Assembly (NCBI RefSeq): GCF_963921235.1
Contig: NC_086108.1
Location: forward strand, 71,922,001 to 71,986,000
Length of the DNA: 64,000 nucleotides
Direction: 5' to 3'
Source of the DNA: Mobula hypostoma
Taxonomy: Eukaryota
The notes below the pieces were generated by a model. It ran no database searches and was not told where the DNA came from. It saw only the letters and a list, made by a program, of their open reading frames with translations. Numbering within the stretch: the stretch's first letter is position 1; the number at the start of each line of letters is the position of its first letter. This document shows, piece by piece, positions 51,665-62,852 of this stretch. Position numbers and translations under genes: made by a program.

Positions 51665-52130
51665 TCATAGAATCAGATTTTCTATCATTGGCAGAGGTTA
51701 CGAAATTTGTTGTTTTACAGCAGTAGTACAAGAAATATACAATATAAGTAGTGCAAAAAGAGAACAAGAGAAGAGAAAAACAAAAGTAAGGTGGTGCACA
51801 TGGGTTCATTGTGTATTCAGAAATCTGATCGCAGAGGGGAAGAAGTTGTTAATGAAATGTTGAATGTGTGTCTTCAGCCTCCTCTTCCTCTTTGATACTA
51901 GCAATGAAAAGGTGATGAGGGTCCTTAATTACGAATGCCACCTTCTTGAGGCATCAGCTTTTGCTGGGGAGGCTAGTGCTCATTGTGGAGCTGGTGGAGT
52001 TTACAACTTCCTTCAGCTTTTTCTGATCCTGTGCAGTGGCCCCTCCCTACCAGGCCGTAATGGAACCATTAGAATGCTCACCTCAGTACACCTATAGAAG
52101 TCTTCATGTGTCTTTGTTGACGTAAAAGGT
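51665..52130 (-). mobile_element. Rex1/L2-type LINE 3' fragment
   Basis: Tail AGAATCAGA; homologous to 26332-26595 and the revcomp of 48780-49090. Confidence 0.65.
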
Positions 52131-52569
52131 CTCCTCATACTCCGTACTTCTTTGCCTGGCACATATTGTGTGATATGATGTATTACATTTCAATAAGTAT
52201 ACTAACTTTATCTGTTTCAAATGTCTGTGTTATGCCTTAATGTCTTCATCATAAAATATATCCAGTTTGAGTATCTTGATTCAGTCTATTGTGTCAATTG
52301 GAATGGTGACCATTAATTAGTTCTGATGTGGGGTTTCGATCCAAAATGTTGACTGTTCCCATCCTCTCAAAGAAAGGAATTCTTCCATCTGGTTGTTTGT
52401 TGCACCATTAATTATAGAAATACTTCTAAAAAATAGTCTGAATTAACTCAAATCTTTCCATACTTGTCACTGGTGTATTCCAAAGTCGCAAAGATGGCCA
52501 ATAAGAAACAGAAAAACCATAAAAGTACAAAACAGCTTTCTTTTTCAAATTGCAGGAAGTGGCAAAGAG

Positions 52570-52950
52570 TATTATCAGTATATCCTCTAACAGTTAGAGT
52601 TCTTTATATTATTCTGGAAGCTTCTTGGGGATTGCAATATTTGAATGGGGGCTGTCTGATTGGTTAACTCTTATCAACAAATTTGAATGGAATTAATTTA
52701 TTTTCATTTACTTAGTAATACAGCATGGATTAAGCCCTTCTGTTCCTTCAAACCATACTGCCCCTGACAAATCTGATTAATCCTAACCTAATCACTGTCT
52801 TTTATCTATGGTATAAGGAGAGCAGAGCACATTAGTTCATCATCTTTTCTTTGTTCTTGTTTCTTGCTACTCTCTTCTCTTTGTTCTCTTAGCACTTGAT
52901 AAAATGATCGTGAAGCAGCAGGTTTTGTGCTTCATTCTTGAGTTCCAACA
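52570..52950 (+). repeat. ERV 5' LTR (5' end missing; ~100-bp SINE-tail insertion at 52694-52795)
   Basis: Aligns to the 3' LTR (TATTATTCTGGAAGCTTCTTGG..CTGATTGGTTAAC..ATAAAATGATCGTGAA); ends CCAACA followed by ATTTGG. Confidence 0.8.
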
Positions 52951-53654
52951 ATTTGGCAATTTGCAATGTTTTAAGAGCTTGGGAGAATCTGAGACGAAGA
53001 GGAAATTTTCAGCACCAAAACTTAAAAGGAGGTGAGGACTCTTCCTCTATAAATTCAAAATGGTTTGAGTAAGTGGACTAGTTCTGGCTTCAACACACCA
53101 CCTAGTGGAAGCTTGAGTGAGGAACCTCCTATACGTTGCTATTCTGCAAAGATAAGATCTGTAAAACACAGACCAGCTCTGAAATTAATATCATGCTGAA
53201 ATTGAGTTTGTACAGGTTGGTGGCGTATGGGGAAATTTTCCAGCTGTAATCTAGTACTTAAAAAAAAAAACCTAGATTGTGATTTAATGAGGACACAATC
53301 GTACAAAATTTCATTTGCAAATTAGTAATAATATTTTGATTGCAATCTAGTGGTGAAATTTTAACTGCATTCTAATAATGTTAGATCGCAGGCCAAGTGA
53401 TAAAAAAGTACAAACAAATTAAGTGGTACATGAGATTGAATTAAGACAATGGCCAAAGTCGTGAAACATAACTGCAGAATCTCCACTTATGTGTGAATAG
53501 ATGACTGAGCTCTTGCCTGAATAAAACATTTTAGTTTGCTAAGAGTAATGAAAAAAAAGCTGAAGAAAAATAACATCAATTTAAGTTTATTAAGAAGGCA
53601 AAGGGAAAGGAAATTATCTGGAAGATGTGAGTTAAAGATACAAACATTGGGATG

Positions 53655-54745
53655 CATATTTCAGATGCTCTTTATCGACTACATTTCAGCAATCAATACC
53701 ATCATCCCCTTCAAACTAATCAATAAGCTCCAAGACCTTGGCCTCAATATCTCTTTGTGCAAAAGGATTCTTGAGTTCCTCACTTGCAGAGCCCAGTCAG
53801 TTCGGGTTGTCAACAACATCACCTCCATTATCTCCATCAGCACAGATACACTGCAAGGTTGTGTGCTTAGCCTCTGCTCTACTTGCTTTATAATTATGAC
53901 AGTGCGGCTAAGCACAGTTCCTACGCCATATTCAAGTTTGCTGATGACACCACTGTCATAGGCCAAATCAAAGGTGGTGATCAATCAGCATATAGGTAGG
54001 AGATTGAAAATCTGACTGAGTGTTGCCATAACAACAACCTTCTACTCAATGCTAGCAAGACCAAGGAGCTGACTATTGACTTCAGGAGGAGAAAACCAGA
54101 GGACCATGAGCCAGTCCTCACTGGAGGATCGGAGGCGAAGAGGGTCAGCAGCCTTAAACTCCTTGGTATTATCATTTCGGAGGACCTGTCCTGGGCCCAG
54201 CAAGCAAGTGCGATTAGTTTAGATAAGATTATGAGGACACTCAGTCCTCGTTTATTGTCATTTAGAAATGCATATATGCATTAAGAAATGATACAATGTT
54301 CCTCCAGAGTGATATCACAAAAAAACAAGACAAACCAAAGACGAGAGTGTCTTGGACCTTCAGGTGGTCCATAGCCAGTGGTGATTGATAAGTTCGTGGC
54401 CTAAGGTAGAAGGCGATGAGTTATACCGCTGTCGTTACATGCATGTGCAGGTCAACTCTTTGAGTGAAAATGCAAGAAGTTTGAAGTTAATAACTCATCT
54501 CCTTCTACCTTAGGCTATTAACTTATCAATCACCCCTGCTGTGGACCACTTCTGGAGGTCCAAGACGCCGACTTTTACAAAGAAGGGATCTGTATGCTCC
54601 ACGACCGTTGGACTAAGTGTGTAAATGTAGGAAAAATAAATGTGCTAGGTTTTCTAAAATTGACTCCTTCTACCTTAGGTCACGAACTTATCAATCACCC
54701 CTTGTATATATACTTCAATAATAAATTTACTTTGAACTTTGAACA
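53655..54745 (+). mobile_element. Rex1-type LINE fragment inside the ERV, itself interrupted
   Basis: [26 protein letters not shown]; tail AAATTTACTTTGAACTTTGAAC at 54722-54744. Confidence 0.75.
54349..54706 (+). mobile_element. mariner-derived MITE with three TIR copies
   Basis: GGTGATTGATAAGTTCGTGGCCTAAGGTAGAAGG and two reverse-complement copies; DFYKEGICMLHDRWTKCVNVG matches the mariner transposase C-terminus; ends CCCCTTG-TA. Confidence 0.75.
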
Positions 54746-55298
54746 CGTGGTCAGTTTGATTAAATGTATGAGCAAGTGAAAAAGTTAATGAAGCAAGTAA
54801 AGCAATTAACTAAACAATTGGGAAAGAAAAGTGAAACGTGATAAACTATGCACATGCTATGATAGAGACAGTAAAACAGTATAAACAGCAAATTTCTGCA
54901 TTAACTGAACGAATGAAAAAACAATGTGGGAAGTGCAATGGAATCAAAGTGCATTGCATTGAGCTTCAAGACCAACTGAAGCAATATGTTAATGGAGAGT
55001 AGGACCGCACAAAGGTCCCACTGTCTGTCACATGGCTATGAGACAGCACCTGAGAGACTCACCAGCCACTGATTCGAATATCATACAATACATGGCTGAT
55101 GTCCTGATTGCATCTGAAGTTGCAGACCAGCTTGAACATGATGTATTTTATTTTCTCCAACGATCACAAAGCAGCTCTAGACATGGCACAATTGTAACTA
55201 GAGGAAGTAATTTACTTGGGACAGAAAATTTCCCAAGGTAAGCATGAAATCACTGAGGATCATGCAAAAGTCTGCAAAGCCTCTTGCAACAACTTGAA

Positions 55299-55300
<2 letters not shown>

Positions 55301-55340
<40 letters not shown>
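55301..55340. repeat. (GT)20 microsatellite within pol
   Basis: Direct observation. Confidence 0.95.
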
Positions 55341-55342
<2 letters not shown>

Positions 55343-56477
55343 CTACAACTGAGTATGGGTCAATTCATCTGCTGAAATTGCCCAACCACTTAACAATCTG
55401 CTGAAGGGACGTAAGCACTCAGATGACCCTATGACTCTTAATGAAGAGCAAATGAAAACGTTTCAAACTTTAAAGATGACATTGTGACCTTAGGAATCTC
55501 TGATACAGGTAAATCTTTTATACCTTATGTCTATGAAAAACATATGATGGCAGTCTTAACTCAAGAACATGGAGACCAACAGCTTCCTATTGGTTATTAC
55601 TCTGCCAAAGATCTGAATCTGTGCCGATAGCTTCTCAATGATTAAGGGAGGCATTTGAATACCTGGATGGACTGTTGCTTCTGAAACTGAAATGCTGGCA
55701 TCAGAAAGCATGGCTCCTGGTACCTCTGAAAAACAAGCAGAACTGAAAGATCTGATTTGAAACCTGTGAGACGGCAGAAGAAGGAAGGTCAGCTAATATC
55801 TACAGTGATTCTCAATATGCTTTTAAAGTTGTTTGAAAACCTAAGGAGACAAAGGAGATTTCTTACAGCTAGAAGAATCCTAATCAAGAATGGCCAACTA
55901 GTGCAAGAACTCATGAATGTTGTGCAATTGCTGTCAGAAGTTGCTGTAATAAAGTGTAAAAGTCACTCCAAAATGACAATTGAAAGCTGTAGAAATGCAC
56001 TTGTGGATGAAATTGTGAAAAAGGCAGCACAGGAAGGGGTAAAAGAAATAAAAGAAGTTAAAGAAGTTTTAAGAAAGGTCAAAGAATTAAAAGAATACTG
56101 AGAATTTAAGCATTGAACCCAACAACTGAAATTATGAAAATGAAGTTAAAATCTATATCATAGATGAAGATACAAGATAGTCAAGAGATGCTCGCTCGAT
56201 GCTCCAGCCAGGGAAAGTTCTGGATGGAGAATGGTGTGAGGTTTAACAGTGATGGAGCATGGAGATATGACTATAATCATAGACTAGAAGCTCCAACTGC
56301 ATTGCTTCCATATCTGACACAGCAGATAGACTCCCTAGGACATATAATGGAGTGGAAAAGATGATCAACAGATTTTCCCCATGGTGGTAGAATCCAAAGT
56401 TCAAGTAACAAGCTTGACAAATGTTTGAAAGATGCACGTCATACCAGAAAACTAATCCTGGAGCAGTGGAAAAGCTA

Positions 56478-56532
56478 CATTGTGGGCTGAAGGGCCTGTA
56501 CTGTGCTGTACTATTCTATGTTCTATGTTCTA
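56478..56532 (+). mobile_element. 55-bp CR1 3' tail inserted in integrase
   Basis: Near-identical to 13385-13428; removal rejoins ..GAVEKL|PQWRSSAPPGP in frame. Confidence 0.85.
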
Positions 56533-57458
56533 CCACAATGGAGATCTTCTGCTCCACCTGGTCCATCTTTACACTTACAAGTGGACTATGTTACTTTGCC
56601 AAAGTGTCAAGGATACTCAGATGTACTGGTAATAGTAGACAAGATTTCAAGATGTATAGAAGCTATTCCACCAAGGAAAGCCAATCCCACACACAGAAAA
56701 AAAACTCCCATCAAGGATTATATTCCTAGATGGGGATTGCCATGTCACATCAACTCTGATCAAGGTTAATATTTCACTGGGAATGTTTTCAGGAATTATG
56801 TTGACTGATGAACATTTAATAGTCTCTTCATTGTCCACATCACCCAGAGTCAGTAGCACAAATTGAATGAATGAATGGAACCACTAAGTATCTTGAAGAA
56901 GGGGTACCCATGCTCTATGGCTCTTCCTATGGTCTTGCGTAGCGTCGCAGCAATCCCAAACAAGCAAACTAAGTCCATTCGAAGTAGTAACATGATGTCC
57001 TATGTCACTGCGGAGAGCTCTTGATCTCTGAGAGGCTGATATACGTATTATGGCAGATCATTTAGATAACGATGGTGTGAAATTAACTCAAACTGTCCAG
57101 TCTGCTTCTCAACAGGTTTCTACTACTTGGAGTGAGCCATCAGAAGGAGAACCCTCCCTGATGCATGGTGAGTGGGTCTTGATTAAGAAATCACATAAGA
57201 ATCATTGAGATCTTAAAAAGGAATGCCCTTCTCAAGTGCTGTTAATTATTAACTCAGTGGAATCATAGCAGCCACTGCAAGCAGGGTAAAGTGACATGTG
57301 ACAAGGATAAGCTCTGTGATTAATGTATTAGTAACCTCTGACTCAGTTCCTACACTGCTGGGCTACAGAGAGGAAATCATTAATCAGCCAGAAGACTTCA
57401 AGCAAGTCAACAACTACTGGAATGGAGGTTTATTCTCATATTATTAGTTATTATTATA

Positions 57459-58021
57459 TGTAACGCTCTGTAAGTTTTCACTTCTAATGTAACGGTTTCT
57501 CTGTAGCAGCAGCGTTTGGGTTACATCTAGAGATAACAGGGGCTTTGGAATGTACGGTGTCCAATGAGAGGCAGGCTGTTTCTTTCTTGTGTGTCTGAGA
57601 GAAGGGAATCACGGGCTTTTGTTCGGCGGAAAATGGAGAGAGAAGATACCAGAACGGAGAGGCCGTAGACTGCAGGATGGAGTGGACTTGGAGTGCAGCC
57701 GGGAGTCGATGATGCCCGGGGGGAAATCAATGGAGAACTAATGGACGGGAAAACAGTAAGCTCCAACGTGCACATTAAACTGTTACATAAAAATGGGCCC
57801 CTTTTTCTTTTTGTTTACTTTACTAACCCTATAGTCAAATTAAGGATTATAAAGCTCAATTGTTTGGTAACATATTGTGTACTGTTTGTTATGTTGTGGT
57901 ACTGATTTGTAACAGAGGAACACATCATGCAGCATCCATCCAAACAAGATTTCTCAAGCTTGGTCAGGCCAGAGGCTGTCTCCCCCTAGATTAACGAAAC
58001 TGGCCGAACCTGAGAGTTACA
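57459..58021. mobile_element. Solo LTR (563 bp, probably Gypsy-type) inserted in the env leader
   Basis: TGTAACGCTC...GAGAGTTACA (9/10 inverted match); 4-bp TSD TATA/CATA. Confidence 0.8.
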
Positions 58022-58050
58022 CATATTATTCAATTTTCCCTACTCACATT

Positions 58051-58542
58051 ATGCCAATTGAGATGATGCATAATGTATACTCGTGAGTATCACGTGAATT
58101 TGCTGATGCTGTTAATGCATCTTTCTGTAGGTTATGTCAATATACCATACACTTAGAAATAGTTACCATGGGTAAGATAGTTCATCAAAATCGTATGGCT
58201 TTAGATCTTCTCTTAGCAGTTAAGGGGAGAATATCTACAATTTTAGGCAAGGAGTGTTGTACTTGCATACCCAAAGACCTATCTGATTTGGCAGATCATA
58301 TTCGTAAAGCTGCAGCTAAAATACATCAATCAAATATATGAGATTTAGTTGATTAAATTCATTTCCGTGTAGGAAACTGGGGTTACCCAATATTACAAGT
58401 CAAGGTATTTGTCTTGATATGTTTTATCATAATTTACATATTTTATTATTGTATAAGGGTGATTGTTAATAGAGCAGTTCAAACTCCTGTAAGTGTACCT
58501 ACTTTCAAAGACAATCTACCTATCAATGACATAATCCTATGA
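58051..58542 (+). pseudogene. env: Retroviral env remnant (SU N-terminus joined in frame to TM)
   Basis: VNASFCRLCQ then HQNRMALDLLLAVKGRISTILGKECCTCIP and hydrophobic VFVLICFIIIYIFYYCI; three in-frame stops. Confidence 0.85.
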
Positions 58543-58674
58543 ATACCCTTTTGTTTGTCTATAACTTATGTAATTTTTGGATTATTTTATATTTACATAA
58601 TTAGCACAAGTTTTCTGCCTCTGAATTTTCAGATATTATGATTATAAATGTATGATTTAGAATCAAATGGGGAA

Positions 58675-61600
58675 TGTTGGATTAGACAGTATAATTGTTA
58701 TTTTCTTTGCAGTTTAACTTTCTTATGACTGCTTGTATGTACATGCAATTGTTCAGTGTGTTGCTAGTGGTTACAGTTTGTATTATTCTGGAAGCTTCTT
58801 GGATATTGTGTTATTTGAAAAGGAGCTATCTGATTGGTTAACACATCTACACATTTGAATGGAATGTCTGTTATTAATGGTATAGGAAGAGCAGACCACA
58901 TTGGCTCACCATGTTAGGAGGGGTTAGGAGGGGGAAGGGGAAGAGTCAGGTAATAGAGAGTACCCCGGTGGCTGTGCCCCTTGACAATAGGTACTCCTGT
59001 TTGAGTACTGTTGGGGGGGGCAGCTTACCCAGGGGAAGCGACAGTGGCCGTGCCTCCGGCACAGAGTTTGGCCCTGTAGCTCAGAAGGGTAGGGAAAAGA
59101 AGAAGAGGGCAGTTGTAATAGGGGACTCGATAGTAAGGGGGTCAGATAGGCGATCCTGTGAACACAGTCCAGAGACCCGGATGGTAGCTTGCCTCCCTGG
59201 TGCCAGGGTCCGGGATATTTCTGATCATGTCCAAGATATCCTGAAGTGGGAGGGTGAGGAGCCAGGGGTCGTGGTACATATAGGTACCAATGACATAGGT
59301 AGGAAAAGGGAAGAGGTCCTGAAAGGAGAATATAGGGAGTTAGGAAGGGAGTTGAGAAAAAGGGCTGCAAAGGTAGCAATCTCGGGATTACTGCCTGTGC
59401 CACGCGACAGTGAGAGTAGGAATGCAATGAGGTGGAGGATAAATGCGTGGCTGAGGGACTGGAGTAGGGGGCAGGGATTCAAGTTTTTGGATCATTGGGA
59501 CCTCTTTTGGCGCAGGTGTGACCTATACAAAAAGGATTGGTTACACTTGAATCCTAGGGGGGAACAATATTCTGGTGGGGAGATTTGCGAGGGCTACTGA
59601 GGTGACCTTAAACTAGAATGGTTGGGGGGTGGGAATCAAATTAAAGAGACTAGGAGAGAAGAGGTTAGTTCACAACAGGGGGATGGGAACCAGTGCAGAC
59701 AGACAGAGGGGTGTAAAATGAGGGTAGAAGCAAAACGTAGAAAGGTGAAAAGTAAAAGTGGCAGGCCGGCAAATCCAGGGCAAAAATCAAAAAGGGCCAC
59801 TTTTCAACATAATTGTATAAGGGCTAAGAGTGTTGTAAAAGCAAGCCTGAAGGCTTTGTGTGTCAATGCAAGGAGCATTCGCAACAAGGTATATGAATTA
59901 AAAGTGCAGATTGTTATTAATGAATATGATATAGTTGGGATCACAGAGACATGGCTCCAGGGTGACCAAGGATGGGAGCTCAACATTCAGGGATATTCAA
60001 TATTCAGGAGGGATAGACATGAAAGAAAAGGAGGTGGGGTAGCATTGCTGGTTAGAGAAGAGATTTACACAATAGAAAGGAAGGACATTAGCCGGGAGGA
60101 TGTGGAATCAATATGGGTAGAGCTGCATAACACTAAGGGGCAGAAAATGCTGGTGGGAGTTGTGTACAGGCCACCTAACAGTAGTAGTGAGGTTGGGTAT
60201 GGTATTAAACAGGAAATTAGAAATGTGTGCAATAAAGGAACAGCAGTTATAATGGGTGACTTCAATCTACATATAGATTGGGTGAACCAAATTGGTAAAG
60301 GTGCTGAGGAAGAGGATTTCTTGGAATGTATGCGGGATGGTTTTTTGAACCAACATGTCGAGGAACCAACTAGAGAGCAGGCTATTCTAGACTGGGTATT
60401 GAGCAATGAAGAAGGGTTAATTAGCCATCTTGTCGTGACAGGCCCCTTGGGTAAGAGTGACCATAATATGGTGGAATTCTTCATTAAAGTGGAGAGTGAC
60501 ATAGTTAATTCAGAAACAAAGGTTCTGAACTTAAAGAAGGGTAACTTTGAAGGTATGAGACGTGAATTAGCTAAGATAGACTGGCAAATGACACTTAAAG
60601 GGTTGACGGTGGATATGCAATGGCAAGCATTTAAGGATTCCATGGATGAACTACAACAATTGTTCATCCCAGTTTGGCAAAAGAATAAATCAAGGAAAGT
60701 AGTGCACCCGTGGCTGACAAGAGAAATTAGGGATAGTATCAATTCCAAAGAAGAAGCATACAAATTAGCCAGAAAAAGTGGCTCAGCTGAGGACTGGGAG
60801 AAATTCAGAGTTCAGCAGAGGAGGACAAGGGGCTTAATTAGGAAGGGGAGAAAAGATTATGAGAGAAAATTGGCAGGGAACATAAAAATGGACTGTAAAA
60901 GCTTTTATAGATATGTAAAAAGGAAAAGACTGGTAAAGACAAATGTAGGTCCCCTGCAGACAGAAACAGGTGAATTGATTATGGGGAGCAAGGACATGGC
61001 AGACCAATTGAATAACTACTTTGGTTCTGTCTTCACTAAGGAGGACATAAATAATCTTCCAGAAATAGTAGGGGACTGAGGGTCCAGTGAGATGGAGGAA
61101 CTGAGGGAAATACATGTTAGTAGGGAAGTGGTGTTAGGTAAATTGAAGGGATTAAAGGCAGATAAATCCCCAGGTCTGCATCCCAGAGTGCTTAAGGAAG
61201 TAGCCCAAGAAATAGTGGAAGCATTAGTGATAATTTTTCAAAACTCTTTAGATTCTGGACTAGTTCCTGAGGATTGGAGGGTGGCTAATGTAACCCCACT
61301 TTTTAAAAAAGGAGGGAGAGAGAAACCGGGGAATTATAGACTGGTAAGCCTGACATCGGTGGTGGGGAAAATGCTAGAGTCAGTTATCAAAGATGTGATA
61401 ACAGCACATTTGGAAAGCGGTGAAATCATCGGACAAAGTCAGCATGGATTTGTGAAAGGAAAACCATGTCTGACGAATCTCATAGAATTTTTTGAGGGTG
61501 TAAAATAGTAGAGTGGATAGGGGAGAACCAGTGGATGTGGTATATTTGGATTTTCAAAAGGCTTTTGACAAGGTCCCACACAGGAGATTAGTGTGCAAAC

Positions 61601-62852
61601 TTAAAGCACACGGTATTGGGGGTAAGGTATTGATGTGGATAGAGAATTGGTTGGCAGACAGGAAGCAAAGAGTGGGAATAAACGGGACCTTTTCAGAATG
61701 GCAGGCAGTGACTAGTGGGGTACCGCAAGGCTCAGTGCTGGGACCCCAGTTGTTTACAATATATATTAATAACTTAGATGAAGGAATTAAATGCAGCATC
61801 TCCAAGTTTGCGGATGACACGAAGCTGGGCGGCAGTGTTAGCTGTGAGGAGGATGCTAAGAGGATGCAGGGTGACTTGGATAGATTAGGTGAGTGGGCAA
61901 ATTCACTTTGGTGGCAAAAACAGGAAAACAGATTATTATCTGAATGGTGGCCGATTAGGAAAAGGGGAGGTGCAACGAGACCTGGGTGTCATTATACACC
62001 AGTCATTGAAAGTGGGCATACAGGTACAGCAGGCGGTGAAAAAGGCGAATGGTATGCTGGCATTCATAGCAAGAGGATTCGAGTACAGGAGCAGGGAGGT
62101 ACTACTGCAGTTGTACAAGGCCTTGGTGAGACCACACCTGGAGTATTGTGTGCAGTTTTGGTTCCCTAATCTGAGGAAGGGCATCCTTGCCATAGAGGGA
62201 GTACAAAGAAGGTTCACCAGATTGATTCCTGGGATGGCAGGACTTTCATATGATGAAAGACTGGATCGACTAGGCTTATACTCGTTGGAATTTAGAAAAT
62301 TGAGGGGGGATCTGATTGAAACGTATAAAATCCTAAAGGGATTGGACAGGCTAGATGCAGGAAGATTGTTCCCGATGTTGGGGAAGTCCAGAACGAGGGG
62401 TCACAGTTAAGAATAAAGGGAAAGCCTTTTAGGATCAAGATTAGGAAAAACTTCTTCACACAGAGAGTGGTGAATCTGTGGAATTCTCTGCCACAGGAAA
62501 CAGTTGAGGCCAGTTTATTGGATATATTTAAGAGGGAGTTGGATGTGGCCCTTGTGGCTAAAGGAATCAGGGGGGTATGGAGGGAAGGCTGGTACAGGGT
62601 TCTGAGTTGAATGATCAGCCATGATCATACTGAATGGTGGTGCAGGCATGAAGGGCTGAATGGCCTACTGCTGCACCTATTTTCTATGTTTCTATGTTTT
62701 CTTCACCTTTCTTTCTTCTTATTTCTTGCTACTCTCCTTTCTCCATTCCTTTGTTCTCTTAGTGCTCAATAAAATGATCGTGAAATAGCAAGTTTTGTGC
62801 CTTGTTCTTGATTCCTGAAAGAACCTTAGATTAAAAATACCATAATCCAACA
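58675..62852 (+). repeat. ERV 3' LTR split by a CR1 (halves 58675-58915 and 62699-62852)
   Basis: Perfect 10-bp inverted termini TGTTGGATTA/TAATCCAACA; PPT AAATGGGGAA upstream; AATAAA at 62768-62773. Confidence 0.85.
58916..62698 (+). mobile_element. Young near-full-length CR1 (ORF1 esterase + disrupted ORF2)
   Basis: ORFs 58911..59600 (VVIGDS, HIGTND), 59622..61079 (GITETWL, GDFN, SDH), 61092..62410 (RT); tail (TTTCTATG)n; ATGTT at both junctions. Confidence 0.95.

Larger units (their letters stand above)
55014..57290 (+). pseudogene. pol: Retroviral pol pseudogene (RT C-terminal half, RNase H, integrase)
   Basis: IIQYMADVLIASE, YLGQKISQG, AVLTQEHG..PIGYYSAK, GTSEKQAEL, ANIYSDSQYAF, VAVIKCKSH, HLQVDY..LVIVD, YIPRWGLP..INSDQG, GEWVLIK. 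Confidence 0.88.
52570..62852 (+). mobile_element. Decayed class I (gamma/epsilon-like) endogenous retrovirus with nested insertions
   Basis: Two homologous LTRs; pol in RT-tether-RNase H-integrase order; env TM with ISD; PPT before the 3' LTR. Confidence 0.88.

Noticed and set aside
52380..52570. 5' LTR start and proviral TSD matching the 3' flank (AGTG)
   Set aside because: No TGTTGG start or homology to the first ~70 nt of the 3' LTR is visible, so no TSD can be claimed
58911..59600. Host lipase/esterase gene
   Set aside because: SGNH domain is CR1 ORF1p, directly upstream of ORF2 and repeated several times in the window
60065..60763. 232-aa antisense ORF (also 36021..36707, 31911..32315)
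   Set aside because: Shadow ORFs opposite CR1 coding sequence
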